64,000 bases of DNA, taken from contig CAYXRG010000001.1 in NCBI GenBank assembly GCA_964467575.1, forward strand, positions 42,652-106,651, given 5' to 3'. Of this stretch, positions 55,815-64,000 are shown in pieces (within the stretch, counting starts at the first letter, position 1; each line of letters begins with the position of its first letter). The position numbers and the translations under genes were made by a program. The notes below the pieces were generated by a model that was given only the letters and a program-made list of their open reading frames with translations, did no database searches and was not told the DNA's origin. Source of the DNA: an uncultured Caldilineaceae bacterium (GTDB lineage: Bacteria; Chloroflexota; Anaerolineae; Caldilineales; Caldilineaceae).

Positions 55815-56717
55815 CTACTCGAACCAAACCGGGTTCGTCCAGGCGCGCCCGCCCTGGTGATCGCGCACCGTGATACGCGCGTACGGGCCGGCAAAGCGGC
55901 TAAGGTCGAGCGTCACATCCATCAGCCCCTGCCCTGCCACGGAGACCGCCACAGGCCCCTTCCCGCTCACGAAGACCCGCTCCGCCGGTGAGCAACGCAC
56001 GCGCACTTGGCGCCTACCGTCAAACTCCACGTCGTAAATCTGCGGCCCGGTGCTGGAATAGAAATGGCCGGACTTGAGCGCTTGCAGCAGTGCTTGGGGC
56101 GTGAGCGCTTCGCTCTTCACCCATATCCAGCCGCGGCCGAATTCATATCGGCCTGCGTCGCCGTGGAAATCGTCGGCGGCATAGGCGTCGTAGCGCATAC
56201 CCTTACCCAACAACACATCTGCTAGGTGCCACCCGTCGCTGCGGTCGTTGAGATCGACAGCCGTTGCGTTGTACACCTCGATGGCATCTATCTCTCCAAG
56301 TGAGACAACATCCTGCTCAGTCAGGCTATACCATTGCGGATGCGCCGCGGCCACAAAAGCTCCGGCGGCGCGTGCGCGTTGAGCCAGTTCCGGCCCCGTC
56401 TCCCCGTCAGAAGGCGCGAAGTCGAGCGGCAGCCCCGCAGCTACGATGTGCCAGATGCCCCCCACTTCGGTGGCGCCCGCGTGCAGTTCAGCGCCGAGTA
56501 ACGTGGTGAAGCCGTCGCCGCGCCACGGCGTTGTATCGACCAACGGATAACCGTACACGTCGAGAAAATGGTCCGTTAGGGCGATAAAATGGTAGCCGGC
56601 ATCGCGATAGAGGCGACAGACCTCTTGCGGCTCATACACGCCATCCGAGCGCGTCGAGTGGGTGTGCAAGTTGCCCTTCCAAAAGCTTCCCGGCAGATTA
56701 AAAGGCAGTTGGCTCAT
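55815..56717 (-). CDS. PHP-domain metallo-phosphoesterase (CehA/McbA-like)
   Basis: GNLHTHSTRSDG, ALTDH and GAELH motifs. Confidence 0.75.
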   Translation of the reverse strand: MSQLPFNLPGSFWKGNLHTHSTRSDGVYEPQEVCRLYRDAGYHFIALTDHFLDVYGYPLVDTTPWRGDGFTTLLGAELHAGATEVGGIWHIVAAGLPLDFAPSDGETGPELAQRARAAGAFVAAAHPQWYSLTEQDVVSLGEIDAIEVYNATAVDLNDRSDGWHLADVLLGKGMRYDAYAADDFHGDAGRYEFGRGWIWVKSEALTPQALLQALKSGHFYSSTGPQIYDVEFDGRRQVRVRCSPAERVFVSGKGPVAVSVAGQGLMDVTLDLSRFAGPYARITVRDHQGGRAWTNPVWFE

Positions 56718-56784
56718 CGGTGCAGTTCCTCTCTTGTATCGATTACCTTCTTTTCAGCACAGCGCGAGCGCGCTGGCCGATTGG

Positions 56785-57207
56785 CTAATTGTAATCTCTG
56801 GCGTAAATCCGATGCGGCTCTAGGACAAGCAACACCTGCGTGCCGTCATCCGTTGAATCAGCATATGCCTGTGCTCCTTCGTCGCTGTCGTGATATCTGC
56901 GAATGATACGCCGGCGCATCCTCTGCTGGAGTTCATCGCCATGCTCCACGATATGCACCGACCCGCTGAGCGTCACATAGCGAAAGTCGTCATGTCCTCC
57001 CTCCACGCAGACGCTGATACGCGGATCGCTGCGCAGATTGCGCATCTTCACCGAACGGTTGCTGGTACTGATGTACATCTTTCCGCCGTCCATCACGTAC
57101 CAGACCGGACTAAGCTGAACGGAGCCGTCTGCATGGAGCGTCGCAACCACTGCATTCCGCCTTCCTTCCAGAAAGGCGGCGACTTGGTTGTCCGTCATGC
57201 TAGTCAT
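56785..57207 (-). CDS. pyridoxamine-5-phosphate-oxidase-like (PPOX-class FMN/F420-binding split barrel) protein
   Basis: The ATG at 57207 is preceded by AGGAGGG. The segment RNAVVATLHADGSVQLSPVWY follows the family pattern. Confidence 0.7.
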   Translation of the reverse strand: MTSMTDNQVAAFLEGRRNAVVATLHADGSVQLSPVWYVMDGGKMYISTSNRSVKMRNLRSDPRISVCVEGGHDDFRYVTLSGSVHIVEHGDELQQRMRRRIIRRYHDSDEGAQAYADSTDDGTQVLLVLEPHRIYARDYN

Positions 57208-57264
57208 CGAATCCCTCCTGTCATCGTGCTTGCGCCCAAGCTGCAAACGCGAACGCCCTGCGCA

Positions 57265-58047
57265 CTAGAAGAACAGGTTGATCACGCTCCTGCCGCTCAC
57301 CAGTTCGATGCCGGTCAAGAACAGAAGCGCATAGACCACGCGATTGAACCATTTCTCAGAGAAGCGGCGGTTCAGGCGAACCCCAAGCCACACGCCTACC
57401 ACAGCCAGAGGGGCTAAGATTAGAATCGTAGTCAGATTCCCCACACGCAGCAGCCCCAAGTAGGCATACGGTACGAGCTTCACCAGGTTCACCGCCGCAA
57501 AGAAGATCACGTTCGTGCCTACGAAGATGTGGCGGGGTAGTTTCTGCGGCAGCAGGTACATCGTCGCCGGAGGACCTCCGGCATGCGCCAATGTGGACGT
57601 GAAACCGGCCGCCGCACCATAGATGACGCCGAGCGTGCCCGAGGGACGGCTGCGCGCGATGACGCCGGTCAGCAGCGAGCGACCCAGTTGGTAGGCGACA
57701 AACGCCAACGCCAGCACGCCCAACCCGATCTTGAGGATGCGCTCGTTGTCGTCGAAATAGCTGAAAAACAGCGCCCCCAGCGCGATGCCGATGACCGCGC
57801 CCGGGATCATGTAGAGAAGGCTTCGCTTGTCGTATGTGTTGTAGTAGTGCCGGATGGAGAAGATGTCGGCCACGATCAGCAGCGGCAACAGGATGGCTGC
57901 AGCGTCGGTGACCGAGATCGTCAGCGCCATGAGCGGCGTGGCGACCGCGCCTACGCCCCCGCCGAAGCCGGCCTTCGCAATGCCGACAAGCACGATCGCC
58001 AAGGACGCGGTGATCCAAAATGCGGTTGGATAATCTGGGAGTTCCAC
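57265..58047 (-). CDS. TauE/SafE-family anion exporter
   Basis: Eight TM segments with repeated GGG(V/P) segments (KAGFGGGVG, HAGGPP). Confidence 0.75.
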   Translation of the reverse strand: MELPDYPTAFWITASLAIVLVGIAKAGFGGGVGAVATPLMALTISVTDAAAILLPLLIVADIFSIRHYYNTYDKRSLLYMIPGAVIGIALGALFFSYFDDNERILKIGLGVLALAFVAYQLGRSLLTGVIARSRPSGTLGVIYGAAAGFTSTLAHAGGPPATMYLLPQKLPRHIFVGTNVIFFAAVNLVKLVPYAYLGLLRVGNLTTILILAPLAVVGVWLGVRLNRRFSEKWFNRVVYALLFLTGIELVSGRSVINLFF

Positions 58048-58255
58048 AGTGCGCTTTCTAGCTGCTCGACGGAATCGGTTATGGTCCCCTGGTTCGACAG
58101 AACCCAGTGAACGCGGTGTGACAATGGTTCAGCGCGGCATCAATAGGACAATGCCTAGATTCGCGTCTGCACAATCGCGCACGCGGTCCATTCTATGCGG
58201 CTTGCCCGGCTCAAGGCAAATGTAGCCCGCCGGATCGCGAAGAACCGGCCTGCGT

Positions 58256-59341
58256 TCAGGCGCGCCCCAAGGCCTCTGCGAGCGCATCCATACCTCGGCC
58301 GACGAGTTCCCTATTTGCCTGCGAGCCCATATGGCCAATGCGGAAGACCTTGCCTGCCAGCGGGCCGTAACTACTGCCCACCGCCATACCGCGTTTGCGC
58401 AACTCGTTGTCCAGCCGCTCCCATGTCCAGCCGTCGGGCACAAGGGCAGCGGTGACAGTTGGCGAGCAGATTTCTTCGCTGTCGGGCCACAGATCGACGC
58501 CTATTTCCCGCAGTCGATCCCGGCAATAGGATGCAACACTCGCATGACGGAGATAGGCAACCTCTTGCCCTTCCGCCTCGAACATATCGAGCGCGACACG
58601 AAGCCCAGCCATCGCCTGCCAATTGTGCGTGTACGGCAGGTACCGATCCGCCACCCCCGTGCGCCACGGCGCCAGCGCGTCATAGCCCGCGTAATCCGTC
58701 GCCTCTATCGCAGCCCAAGCGCGCTCGCTGATCGTGACCATGCTCAGGTCGGCCATACAACTCAGGGCTTTTTGGCTGCCAAGCAGTCCTAGATCGATGC
58801 CCCACTCGTCAACCAGCACCGGCGTGCCGCCTGCACTCGCCACGAAATCCACATACAACAGCGCGCCGGCGTCTCGTGCGATCTCGCCTAGCTGGGAGAT
58901 TGGGTTGAGTGTACCGCTCGGCGTTTCGCAGTGAACGACCGTAATCAATTGTGGCTTAAAGCGCCGTGCAATCTCGGCCACCCGCTCCGGGTCGAGCGCA
59001 GAGGCGTAGCCGAAGCCGGCCTCCTCCACCTGTGCGCCGATGCGCCGCGCCATGTCGCCGATGCCATAGCCGAAAACGCCTGTCGCCACAGCCAGCACCC
59101 GATCTCCCGGCCGCACGACGCTCTTAAGTGCGCCCCATAATGCCAGCATCCCTTCACCCGACAAGATCGCTATCTGGTTCTTGGTCGCCAGCATCTTCTG
59201 TAGGCTGCGCTCGCACTCCTCGTACAACTCGAAAAATTCGGCCTCCACGTCTGCGCTGCCATAATCCACGGCATAGGCCGCAAGCACATCATGCGGTATG
59301 GAAACCGGACCGGGTACAAGCGGGATATCGTATTTTTCCAT
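58256..59341 (-). CDS. class V aminotransferase (serine-pyruvate / alanine-glyoxylate type)
   Basis: ATG at 59341 with a GGAGG RBS. The N-terminus IPLVPGPVSIP is typical. The SQKAL segment holds the PLP lysine. Confidence 0.8.
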   Translation of the reverse strand: MEKYDIPLVPGPVSIPHDVLAAYAVDYGSADVEAEFFELYEECERSLQKMLATKNQIAILSGEGMLALWGALKSVVRPGDRVLAVATGVFGYGIGDMARRIGAQVEEAGFGYASALDPERVAEIARRFKPQLITVVHCETPSGTLNPISQLGEIARDAGALLYVDFVASAGGTPVLVDEWGIDLGLLGSQKALSCMADLSMVTISERAWAAIEATDYAGYDALAPWRTGVADRYLPYTHNWQAMAGLRVALDMFEAEGQEVAYLRHASVASYCRDRLREIGVDLWPDSEEICSPTVTAALVPDGWTWERLDNELRKRGMAVGSSYGPLAGKVFRIGHMGSQANRELVGRGMDALAEALGRA

Positions 59342-59391
59342 CAGGACCTCCGCCTTGACAAGTTGGGCGTTGTTCAGCCACACTTCAATGA

Positions 59392-61620
59392 ATGACAGAC
59401 TCAATTGTACCTAGCCTGCGGTCGCTCAACAAGCTTTTCATATCCGGCCCGTTCGGGGCGGGCAAGACCTCATTAGCTGTTGAGCGGCTGCTGTATCTCC
59501 TAGAACAAGAACGCATCCGCGGAGATGATATCCTCGTGCTGGCGCCGCAGCGCACGCTAGCGCAGCCCTATGCCGCCGCGATCCGACAGCCGGACATGCC
59601 CCCCGGCTCGCCTGTCGCGATCACGACGATCGCCAGCATGGCGCGCCAATCGGTGGAGTTATATTGGCCGCTGCTCTCAGCCGCCGCAGGCTTCGCCGAA
59701 CCGGGCCGCGAGCCGGTTTTTCTAGACCTGGAGACAAGCCAGTATCACATGGGGCCGCTGGTCGATCAAGCTCTGGATCGGGGAGAGTTCGAAGGCATTC
59801 GCGTCGAACGCAGCCGCGTGATCAGCCAGATACTAGACAACCTCAACAAGTCTGCACTCAACGGCTTCTCCATCGATGAAGCCTACTCTCGGCTGGAGTT
59901 ATCCGTTCCGCCAGGTGATTCGCGCACAGCCCGGCTCAACGCTCTGCGCGCCGCCCGCCGCATCAGCCACGAGTTCCGCACGTTCTGCCTGAATGCGTCT
60001 TTGGTCGACTTTAGCCTACAGATTGAACTGCTCACCCGCCATGTGTTGGCAAACGAGTGGAGCCGGACCCACTTCTTCCGCTCGCGACGCCATCTGATCT
60101 TCGACAACGCCGAAGAGGACACCTTTGCCGCGCACACGCTCATAGCCCGCTGGCTGCCACATCTCGACAGCGCCCTGATCGTGTCCGACGACGATGGCGG
60201 CGTGCGCGTTTTCCTCGGCGCTGCGCCGAGCGGAGTTGCCCGCTTGGCCGAACAGTGCGACGAGGTTATCCATCTCAACCGCTCCTGGGTCATGCCGCCG
60301 GACATACGCCGGCTGGCGCGTTTGATAGACCGGCTGCTGCCCGCAACACACCTCGCGCCTGGACGCGCGCCGAGCGCGACCGAACCGGACATTGAAGCCA
60401 ACGGCCCGATACGTCTGCCCGTGGCAGGCTTTCGCTTCTATCCGCAGATGCTCGGCTGGGTATCGGAACAGATCCGTGCGCTGGTCGTCGATCAGAACGT
60501 GGCCCCCGGCGCCATTGTCGTGCTAGCCCCCTACGTGAGCGACGCACTTCGCTTCAGTCTTCAGACGGAGTTGGACAAACACGGCATCCCCTCGACCACG
60601 CACCGCCCGAGCCGCGCCCTCCACGCCGAGCCCGCAGCCCGCTGCCTAACGACGTTGGCTGCGCTGGCCCATCCCTTGTGGGGCGCGTCCCCGTCCGCAA
60701 CAGATGTGGCGCTGGCCCTCTCAACCGCCCTCGACGACCTCGATCCTGTCCGCGCTCATCTCCTTGCGCAGCACGCCTACAACACACGCCGCGGCGCCGG
60801 TGAACTTCAGAGCTTTGACGGCCTACATGCCGGAATCCAACAACGCATTACCTATCGCATGGGCGAAGTCTACGACCGGCTGCGCAACTGGCTGGCCGAA
60901 TATCGCAGCAGCGGCGAAGTGCTGCCTCTGGACCAATTCTGGGCGCTTCTGTTCGGCGAGGTGCTGAGCCAGCCCGGATTCGGTTTCCATCACAACCTCG
61001 ACGCCGTACGCATTGCGCATCAGATCGTCATTTCGGCGCGCAACTTCCGGTGGGCGCTCGAATCATCCGGACAAGAGGCGGAACACATACCCCACATGGG
61101 CCGGGAATACCTGCATCTTCTCACGAGCGGCGCCGTGGGTGCGCTCTATTCGCCCGGTTGGCGCGAGGCTGGCGATGCGGTCCTCATCGCGCCGGCCTAT
61201 ACTTTTCTCATGCGCAATCGCCCGGCAGACATCCAGTTCTGGCTGGACATCGGCTCATCGGGTTGGTGGGAAAGGCTCTATCAGCCCCTCACGCATCCCC
61301 ACGTCATGTCGTACAACTGGCCCCCGGATCAACCGTGGACCGATTACGACGAATACACGACCCGCCAGATCAACATGCGCAGGCTGACGCTCGGACTGCT
61401 CCGGCGCACGCGCCGGCAAATCTATCTAGCCCTGTCCAATTTTAGCGAGAGCGGGTTCGAGCAGCGCGGGCCGCTGTTATCTCTGATCAACCGCGTCCTC
61501 TCGGCCAATCCGCAAGTCGATCGGGATACTGAGCCGGTAAATACAGAAGAGTCCGGATTGATGGGAATCGCTCCGGACTCTTCAATAGACGCCTCCGAGG
61601 AGGGGTTCTTCGGCGTCTGA
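59392..61620 (+). CDS. divergent UvrD/AddB-like P-loop protein with degenerate helicase motifs
   Basis: A Walker A motif GPFGAGKTS is present. The motif-II position reads LIFDNAEED rather than DEFQD. The C-terminal segment [12 protein letters not shown] occupies the place of VAxTRA. Confidence 0.5.
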   Translation: MTDSIVPSLRSLNKLFISGPFGAGKTSLAVERLLYLLEQERIRGDDILVLAPQRTLAQPYAAAIRQPDMPPGSPVAITTIASMARQSVELYWPLLSAAAGFAEPGREPVFLDLETSQYHMGPLVDQALDRGEFEGIRVERSRVISQILDNLNKSALNGFSIDEAYSRLELSVPPGDSRTARLNALRAARRISHEFRTFCLNASLVDFSLQIELLTRHVLANEWSRTHFFRSRRHLIFDNAEEDTFAAHTLIARWLPHLDSALIVSDDDGGVRVFLGAAPSGVARLAEQCDEVIHLNRSWVMPPDIRRLARLIDRLLPATHLAPGRAPSATEPDIEANGPIRLPVAGFRFYPQMLGWVSEQIRALVVDQNVAPGAIVVLAPYVSDALRFSLQTELDKHGIPSTTHRPSRALHAEPAARCLTTLAALAHPLWGASPSATDVALALSTALDDLDPVRAHLLAQHAYNTRRGAGELQSFDGLHAGIQQRITYRMGEVYDRLRNWLAEYRSSGEVLPLDQFWALLFGEVLSQPGFGFHHNLDAVRIAHQIVISARNFRWALESSGQEAEHIPHMGREYLHLLTSGAVGALYSPGWREAGDAVLIAPAYTFLMRNRPADIQFWLDIGSSGWWERLYQPLTHPHVMSYNWPPDQPWTDYDEYTTRQINMRRLTLGLLRRTRRQIYLALSNFSESGFEQRGPLLSLINRVLSANPQVDRDTEPVNTEESGLMGIAPDSSIDASEEGFFGV

Positions 61621-61793
61621 ACAACAGCGCACCTATACTATGCCGCCAGCACATTAAGAGTGCATTAACCTGCTCTAAGACTTACATGAGGGATACGCCT
61701 GGCGTCACTACGATTCGCTACGAGCCGGCTCCAGCAGCGCGCATGCCGCTCGCTCATTTCCTTACCGCAGCGAGTCCGCCTATACTATGTACC

Positions 61794-62819
61794 ATGATGC
61801 TCGCCAGAAATCTTCGCACACCGGTCGTCACCCTTGCGGCGTCTCTTTGTTTGCTATTTTACCCCGGCAAACCGGCGTTCGCCTCGGAGCCGTGCGACCC
61901 GCCTAATATCATTCCGCAGCCCGTCTGCGATATGGACTCCTTCTATGGTTCGCCGCCGCGGCAGATCCCCAACGGGTGGTCCGAGTTCGTCCTTTCCGGC
62001 GACCCCACCTTTATGCAGGACGTCGACACGTTTTGGGGGCCGCCTAGCCTGCGCATCTGGAGCAGCGGCGGCACATTTAAGGCCGGAATCTACACGCAGG
62101 TCCCTGTGACGCCGGGAGCCGGCTACCGCGCCAGCATCGCCTGGGGCGCGCCCAACGCGCCGGAAACGTTCGGTCGCCAACTTGGCATCGATCCGACCGG
62201 CGGCACGGACCCAAACAGCCCGGCCGTTATCTGGGGACCGATGCACTGGGGGCCAGGGCGCATCCTGAACTACCCGCCGCCCGATGTCAATATCGACGTG
62301 CGAGCGCGTGCCGTCAACGACGTAGTGACTGTTTTCTTCCTGGTCGATCACCCAACTTCGACCGGTGACAATCTCATCTTCGTCGACGCAATTGCGCTCT
62401 ACCCGGACGAAAGCGCACCCGCCGTCGAGTTGCCTCCCACCGAAACGCCCACGCCGGAGATCGCTGCAGCCGTAGCCCCGCCGCCCCCCCCGACACCTTT
62501 ACCGCTGCCGCCGACCGCCACCCCGGAACCGACTGCCACCCCCACTGAGATGCCGACTGAAACGCCGACGGCTACCGCAACCCCGACTGAAACGCCGACT
62601 CCAACGCCAAGCCCGACCCCGTCGCCTACACCCACATGGACGCCGTGGCCCAGCGCGACGCCGTCTTCAGGCGCCGTCAACTGGAGCCGCGCCGAAAACG
62701 AATTGCTCAATCTGGCGCGCGCTGCCAGACCTTCTATTCTGCTCGTTGTTGGGGTATTAGGGCTAGGCGGTGCAGGCCTCTTTGGCGGTTCGATTCTTTT
62801 CCTGCGCCGCCGTCGCTAG
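61794..62819 (+). CDS. secreted jelly-roll-like domain protein with a Pro/Thr-rich linker and C-terminal membrane anchor
   Basis: The signal peptide [30 protein letters not shown] begins at the ATG at 61794. It is followed by a domain of about 200 aa, an 80-aa P/T linker, and the anchor [27 protein letters not shown]. Confidence 0.6.
   Translation: MMLARNLRTPVVTLAASLCLLFYPGKPAFASEPCDPPNIIPQPVCDMDSFYGSPPRQIPNGWSEFVLSGDPTFMQDVDTFWGPPSLRIWSSGGTFKAGIYTQVPVTPGAGYRASIAWGAPNAPETFGRQLGIDPTGGTDPNSPAVIWGPMHWGPGRILNYPPPDVNIDVRARAVNDVVTVFFLVDHPTSTGDNLIFVDAIALYPDESAPAVELPPTETPTPEIAAAVAPPPPPTPLPLPPTATPEPTATPTEMPTETPTATATPTETPTPTPSPTPSPTPTWTPWPSATPSSGAVNWSRAENELLNLARAARPSILLVVGVLGLGGAGLFGGSILFLRRRR
62431..62667 (+). 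repeat. low-complexity Pro/Thr-coding repeat region inside the CDS
   Basis: Runs of ACN-CCN codons. The exact 17-bp direct repeat CCGACTGAAACGCCGAC occurs at 62553-62569 and 62583-62599, giving a 30-bp (10-codon) period. Confidence 0.8.
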
Positions 62820-62826
62820 GAATCCC

Positions 62827-63687
62827 TTAGGAATCGTCATTGGCGGCTCCAGCAAGATCGGCCGCTCTACCTTCATCGAACCCGGAGTCAGGCACGGCGG
62901 CTTCCGGCTGAAGCATGATTTCCCCGAATGTGCCTGTTTGGCTAAAACGTAGCTCGCGGAGCTTAATCAGTTCCAAGACGGCCAAGAAGGTCACGATCAC
63001 CTCGATGCGCGAATACCCTTTGCCGAGCAGAGCCGAGAAAGCAATCTTCGTCTGCGCATGCGTCGCGCCGCTCTCGCTTGCCAAACGCACATGACTCCGC
63101 ACTCGCTCTATCTGATCTGCGACCGTGATCGTATAGGGCTGCAACTTTGGCGCGGGTCTTTCAACCGGGATGCGCTCTAGCGCACGCATTAAGGCCGCCT
63201 GCAGGCTAGGCAGGTCTACGCCGCTCAAGTCGGGCGGACGAGGCGTCCGCAGGCCGGACGGCGGCGGCGCTGCCGGCCGAACGAAAGCCCTGCGCCCCGC
63301 GGCGGCGCGATCTTTCAGACTGTTCGCTGCTTGCTTGAACTGCCGGTACTCGATCAGATGCCGGATCAACGCATCTCCGGCATCTTCCTCCTCTTCTTCA
63401 TCCACGCGTGGTCGCGGCAGCAGCCGGTTCGATTTGATGTAGAGCAAACGTGAGGCCACATCTAGGAAACCGGCCAGTGCATCCGGATCTAGTTCTTCAA
63501 GTTGGGTGATAGCACGCAGATACTGCTCCGTCACAGCCACAAGGCTGATCTCGCTGATGTCCAACTCCTCGCGCTCGATCAGATGCAACAGCAGTTGCAC
63601 TGGCCCCTGAAACGCAGGCAGGTCCACCGCGTAGCCGGCGCCGAGAGTTTGGTCTCGATTGATCAGATTCGCCGAGCTGTGCGCCAC
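62827..63687 (-). CDS. scpA: segregation and condensation protein A
   Basis: The N-terminal segment FQGPVQLLLHLIEREELDISEISLVAVTEQYL is the kleisin ScpA signature. Length is 286 aa. Confidence 0.85.
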   Translation of the reverse strand: MAHSSANLINRDQTLGAGYAVDLPAFQGPVQLLLHLIEREELDISEISLVAVTEQYLRAITQLEELDPDALAGFLDVASRLLYIKSNRLLPRPRVDEEEEEDAGDALIRHLIEYRQFKQAANSLKDRAAAGRRAFVRPAAPPPSGLRTPRPPDLSGVDLPSLQAALMRALERIPVERPAPKLQPYTITVADQIERVRSHVRLASESGATHAQTKIAFSALLGKGYSRIEVIVTFLAVLELIKLRELRFSQTGTFGEIMLQPEAAVPDSGFDEGRAADLAGAANDDS

Positions 63688-63739
63688 TTATGCCTCAGTT
63701 CTACGCTCTGACGCCGCAAAGTCGGGCGCGCACCATTCT

Positions 63740-64000
63740 CTAGAAGTCCGCTTCGAACGTGCGAAAACGACGCCCCGTGTTCGCCATCTCCGCTAGAATG
63801 CGGCTGGTTTCTTCCTCATTGCGCCCGGCAATGCGCTCCACTCTGCAGCCGCTCTCGCGCAACATCTGCTCTTCGGCTTCGCTGATCCCGGCCTCACTGC
63901 CGATGATCGTTACGTACTCAGCGTTGCGCGCGTCCTGTACGCTGAACCCCATCGCCGGGCGAAAGCGCATGATGTAATTGATCGCATTGACGAAATCCTG
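63740..64000 (-). CDS. C-terminal fragment of an unidentified protein (possible cell-wall-binding-repeat-like segment); the gene continues past the right edge
   Basis: The frame stays open from 64000 down to the stop at 63740. The segment YVTIIGSEAGISEAEEQMLRESGCRVERIAGRNEEETS loosely resembles the CWB2 repeat pattern (..G....is......L.....v.RiaG.dRyeT). Confidence 0.3.
   Translation of the reverse strand, partial: QDFVNAINYIMRFRPAMGFSVQDARNAEYVTIIGSEAGISEAEEQMLRESGCRVERIAGRNEEETSRILAEMANTGRRFRTFEADF

Noticed and set aside
58091-58110. GGTTCGA-containing stretch in the 208-nt intergenic region, considered as a tRNA T-arm.
   Set aside because: The flanking bases do not form a 5-bp T stem, and no acceptor or anticodon arms can be drawn. 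No tRNA-like cloverleaf was found in any intergenic region of the window.
62431-62667. Repetitive region considered as a CRISPR array or non-coding tandem repeat.
   Set aside because: It lies in frame within a CDS and encodes a Pro/Thr linker. The repeats are short codon-level repeats without spacers of uniform length, and no cas genes are present.
1-64000. Search for mobile elements, prophage genes, toxin-antitoxin pairs, restriction-modification or other defence-island signatures.
   Set aside because: No integrase, transposase, recombinase, terminal inverted repeat, phage structural gene or typical defence domain was recognised. The only nucleic-acid-type protein besides ScpA is the lone degenerate UvrD-like gene, which is insufficient to call a defence system.

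Overview
This is a gene-dense, high-GC bacterial chromosomal segment. I call about 58 CDS and see no rRNA or tRNA genes, no CRISPR array, and no transposase or integrase. Several protein features suggest a Chloroflexota- or Actinomycetota-like terrabacterium: a twin-arginine lipoprotein solute-binding protein, Pro/Thr-rich linkers, a large-form glutamine-dependent NadE, and many Gfo/Idh/MocA plus TIM-barrel pairs. The sequence alone cannot settle the taxonomy.

Layout:
- 1-2466: an orphan xanthine-dehydrogenase-family molybdenum subunit.
- 2717-8644 (minus strand): a six-gene sugar or polyol oxidation operon (SDR, Gfo/Idh/MocA, TIM barrel, LarA-like, hexulose-phosphate-synthase-like, Zn-ADH).
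- 9169-22566 (plus strand): one co-directional run. It starts with an ABC sugar importer, a second Gfo/Idh/MocA plus TIM-barrel pair and a cytoplasmic GH38 alpha-mannosidase. It then continues without a break into a five-gene GTP-derived cluster (RibA-RibD reductase fusion, Zn-less MDR dehydrogenase, atypical PTPS/QueD fold, GT4, SAM methyltransferase).
- 22667-34111: mixed housekeeping and envelope genes.
- 34316-42804 (minus strand): a ten-gene [NiFe]-hydrogenase operon with a complex-I-like subunit set and a HycI protease.
- 43113-48679: a lactonase, a corrinoid protein plus UROD-family methyltransferase pair, and a third Gfo/Idh/MocA plus TIM-barrel pair.
- 48755-64000: serB, an aldo-keto reductase, nadE, a GT39-like membrane glycosyltransferase, small redox and transport genes, a degenerate UvrD-like P-loop protein, a Pro/Thr-rich surface protein and scpA.

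The two most interesting loci are the complex-I-like hydrogenase and the GTP cyclohydrolase II / PTPS-fold / glycosyltransferase / methyltransferase cluster. All functional calls rest on motif recognition by eye, and no database search was possible.
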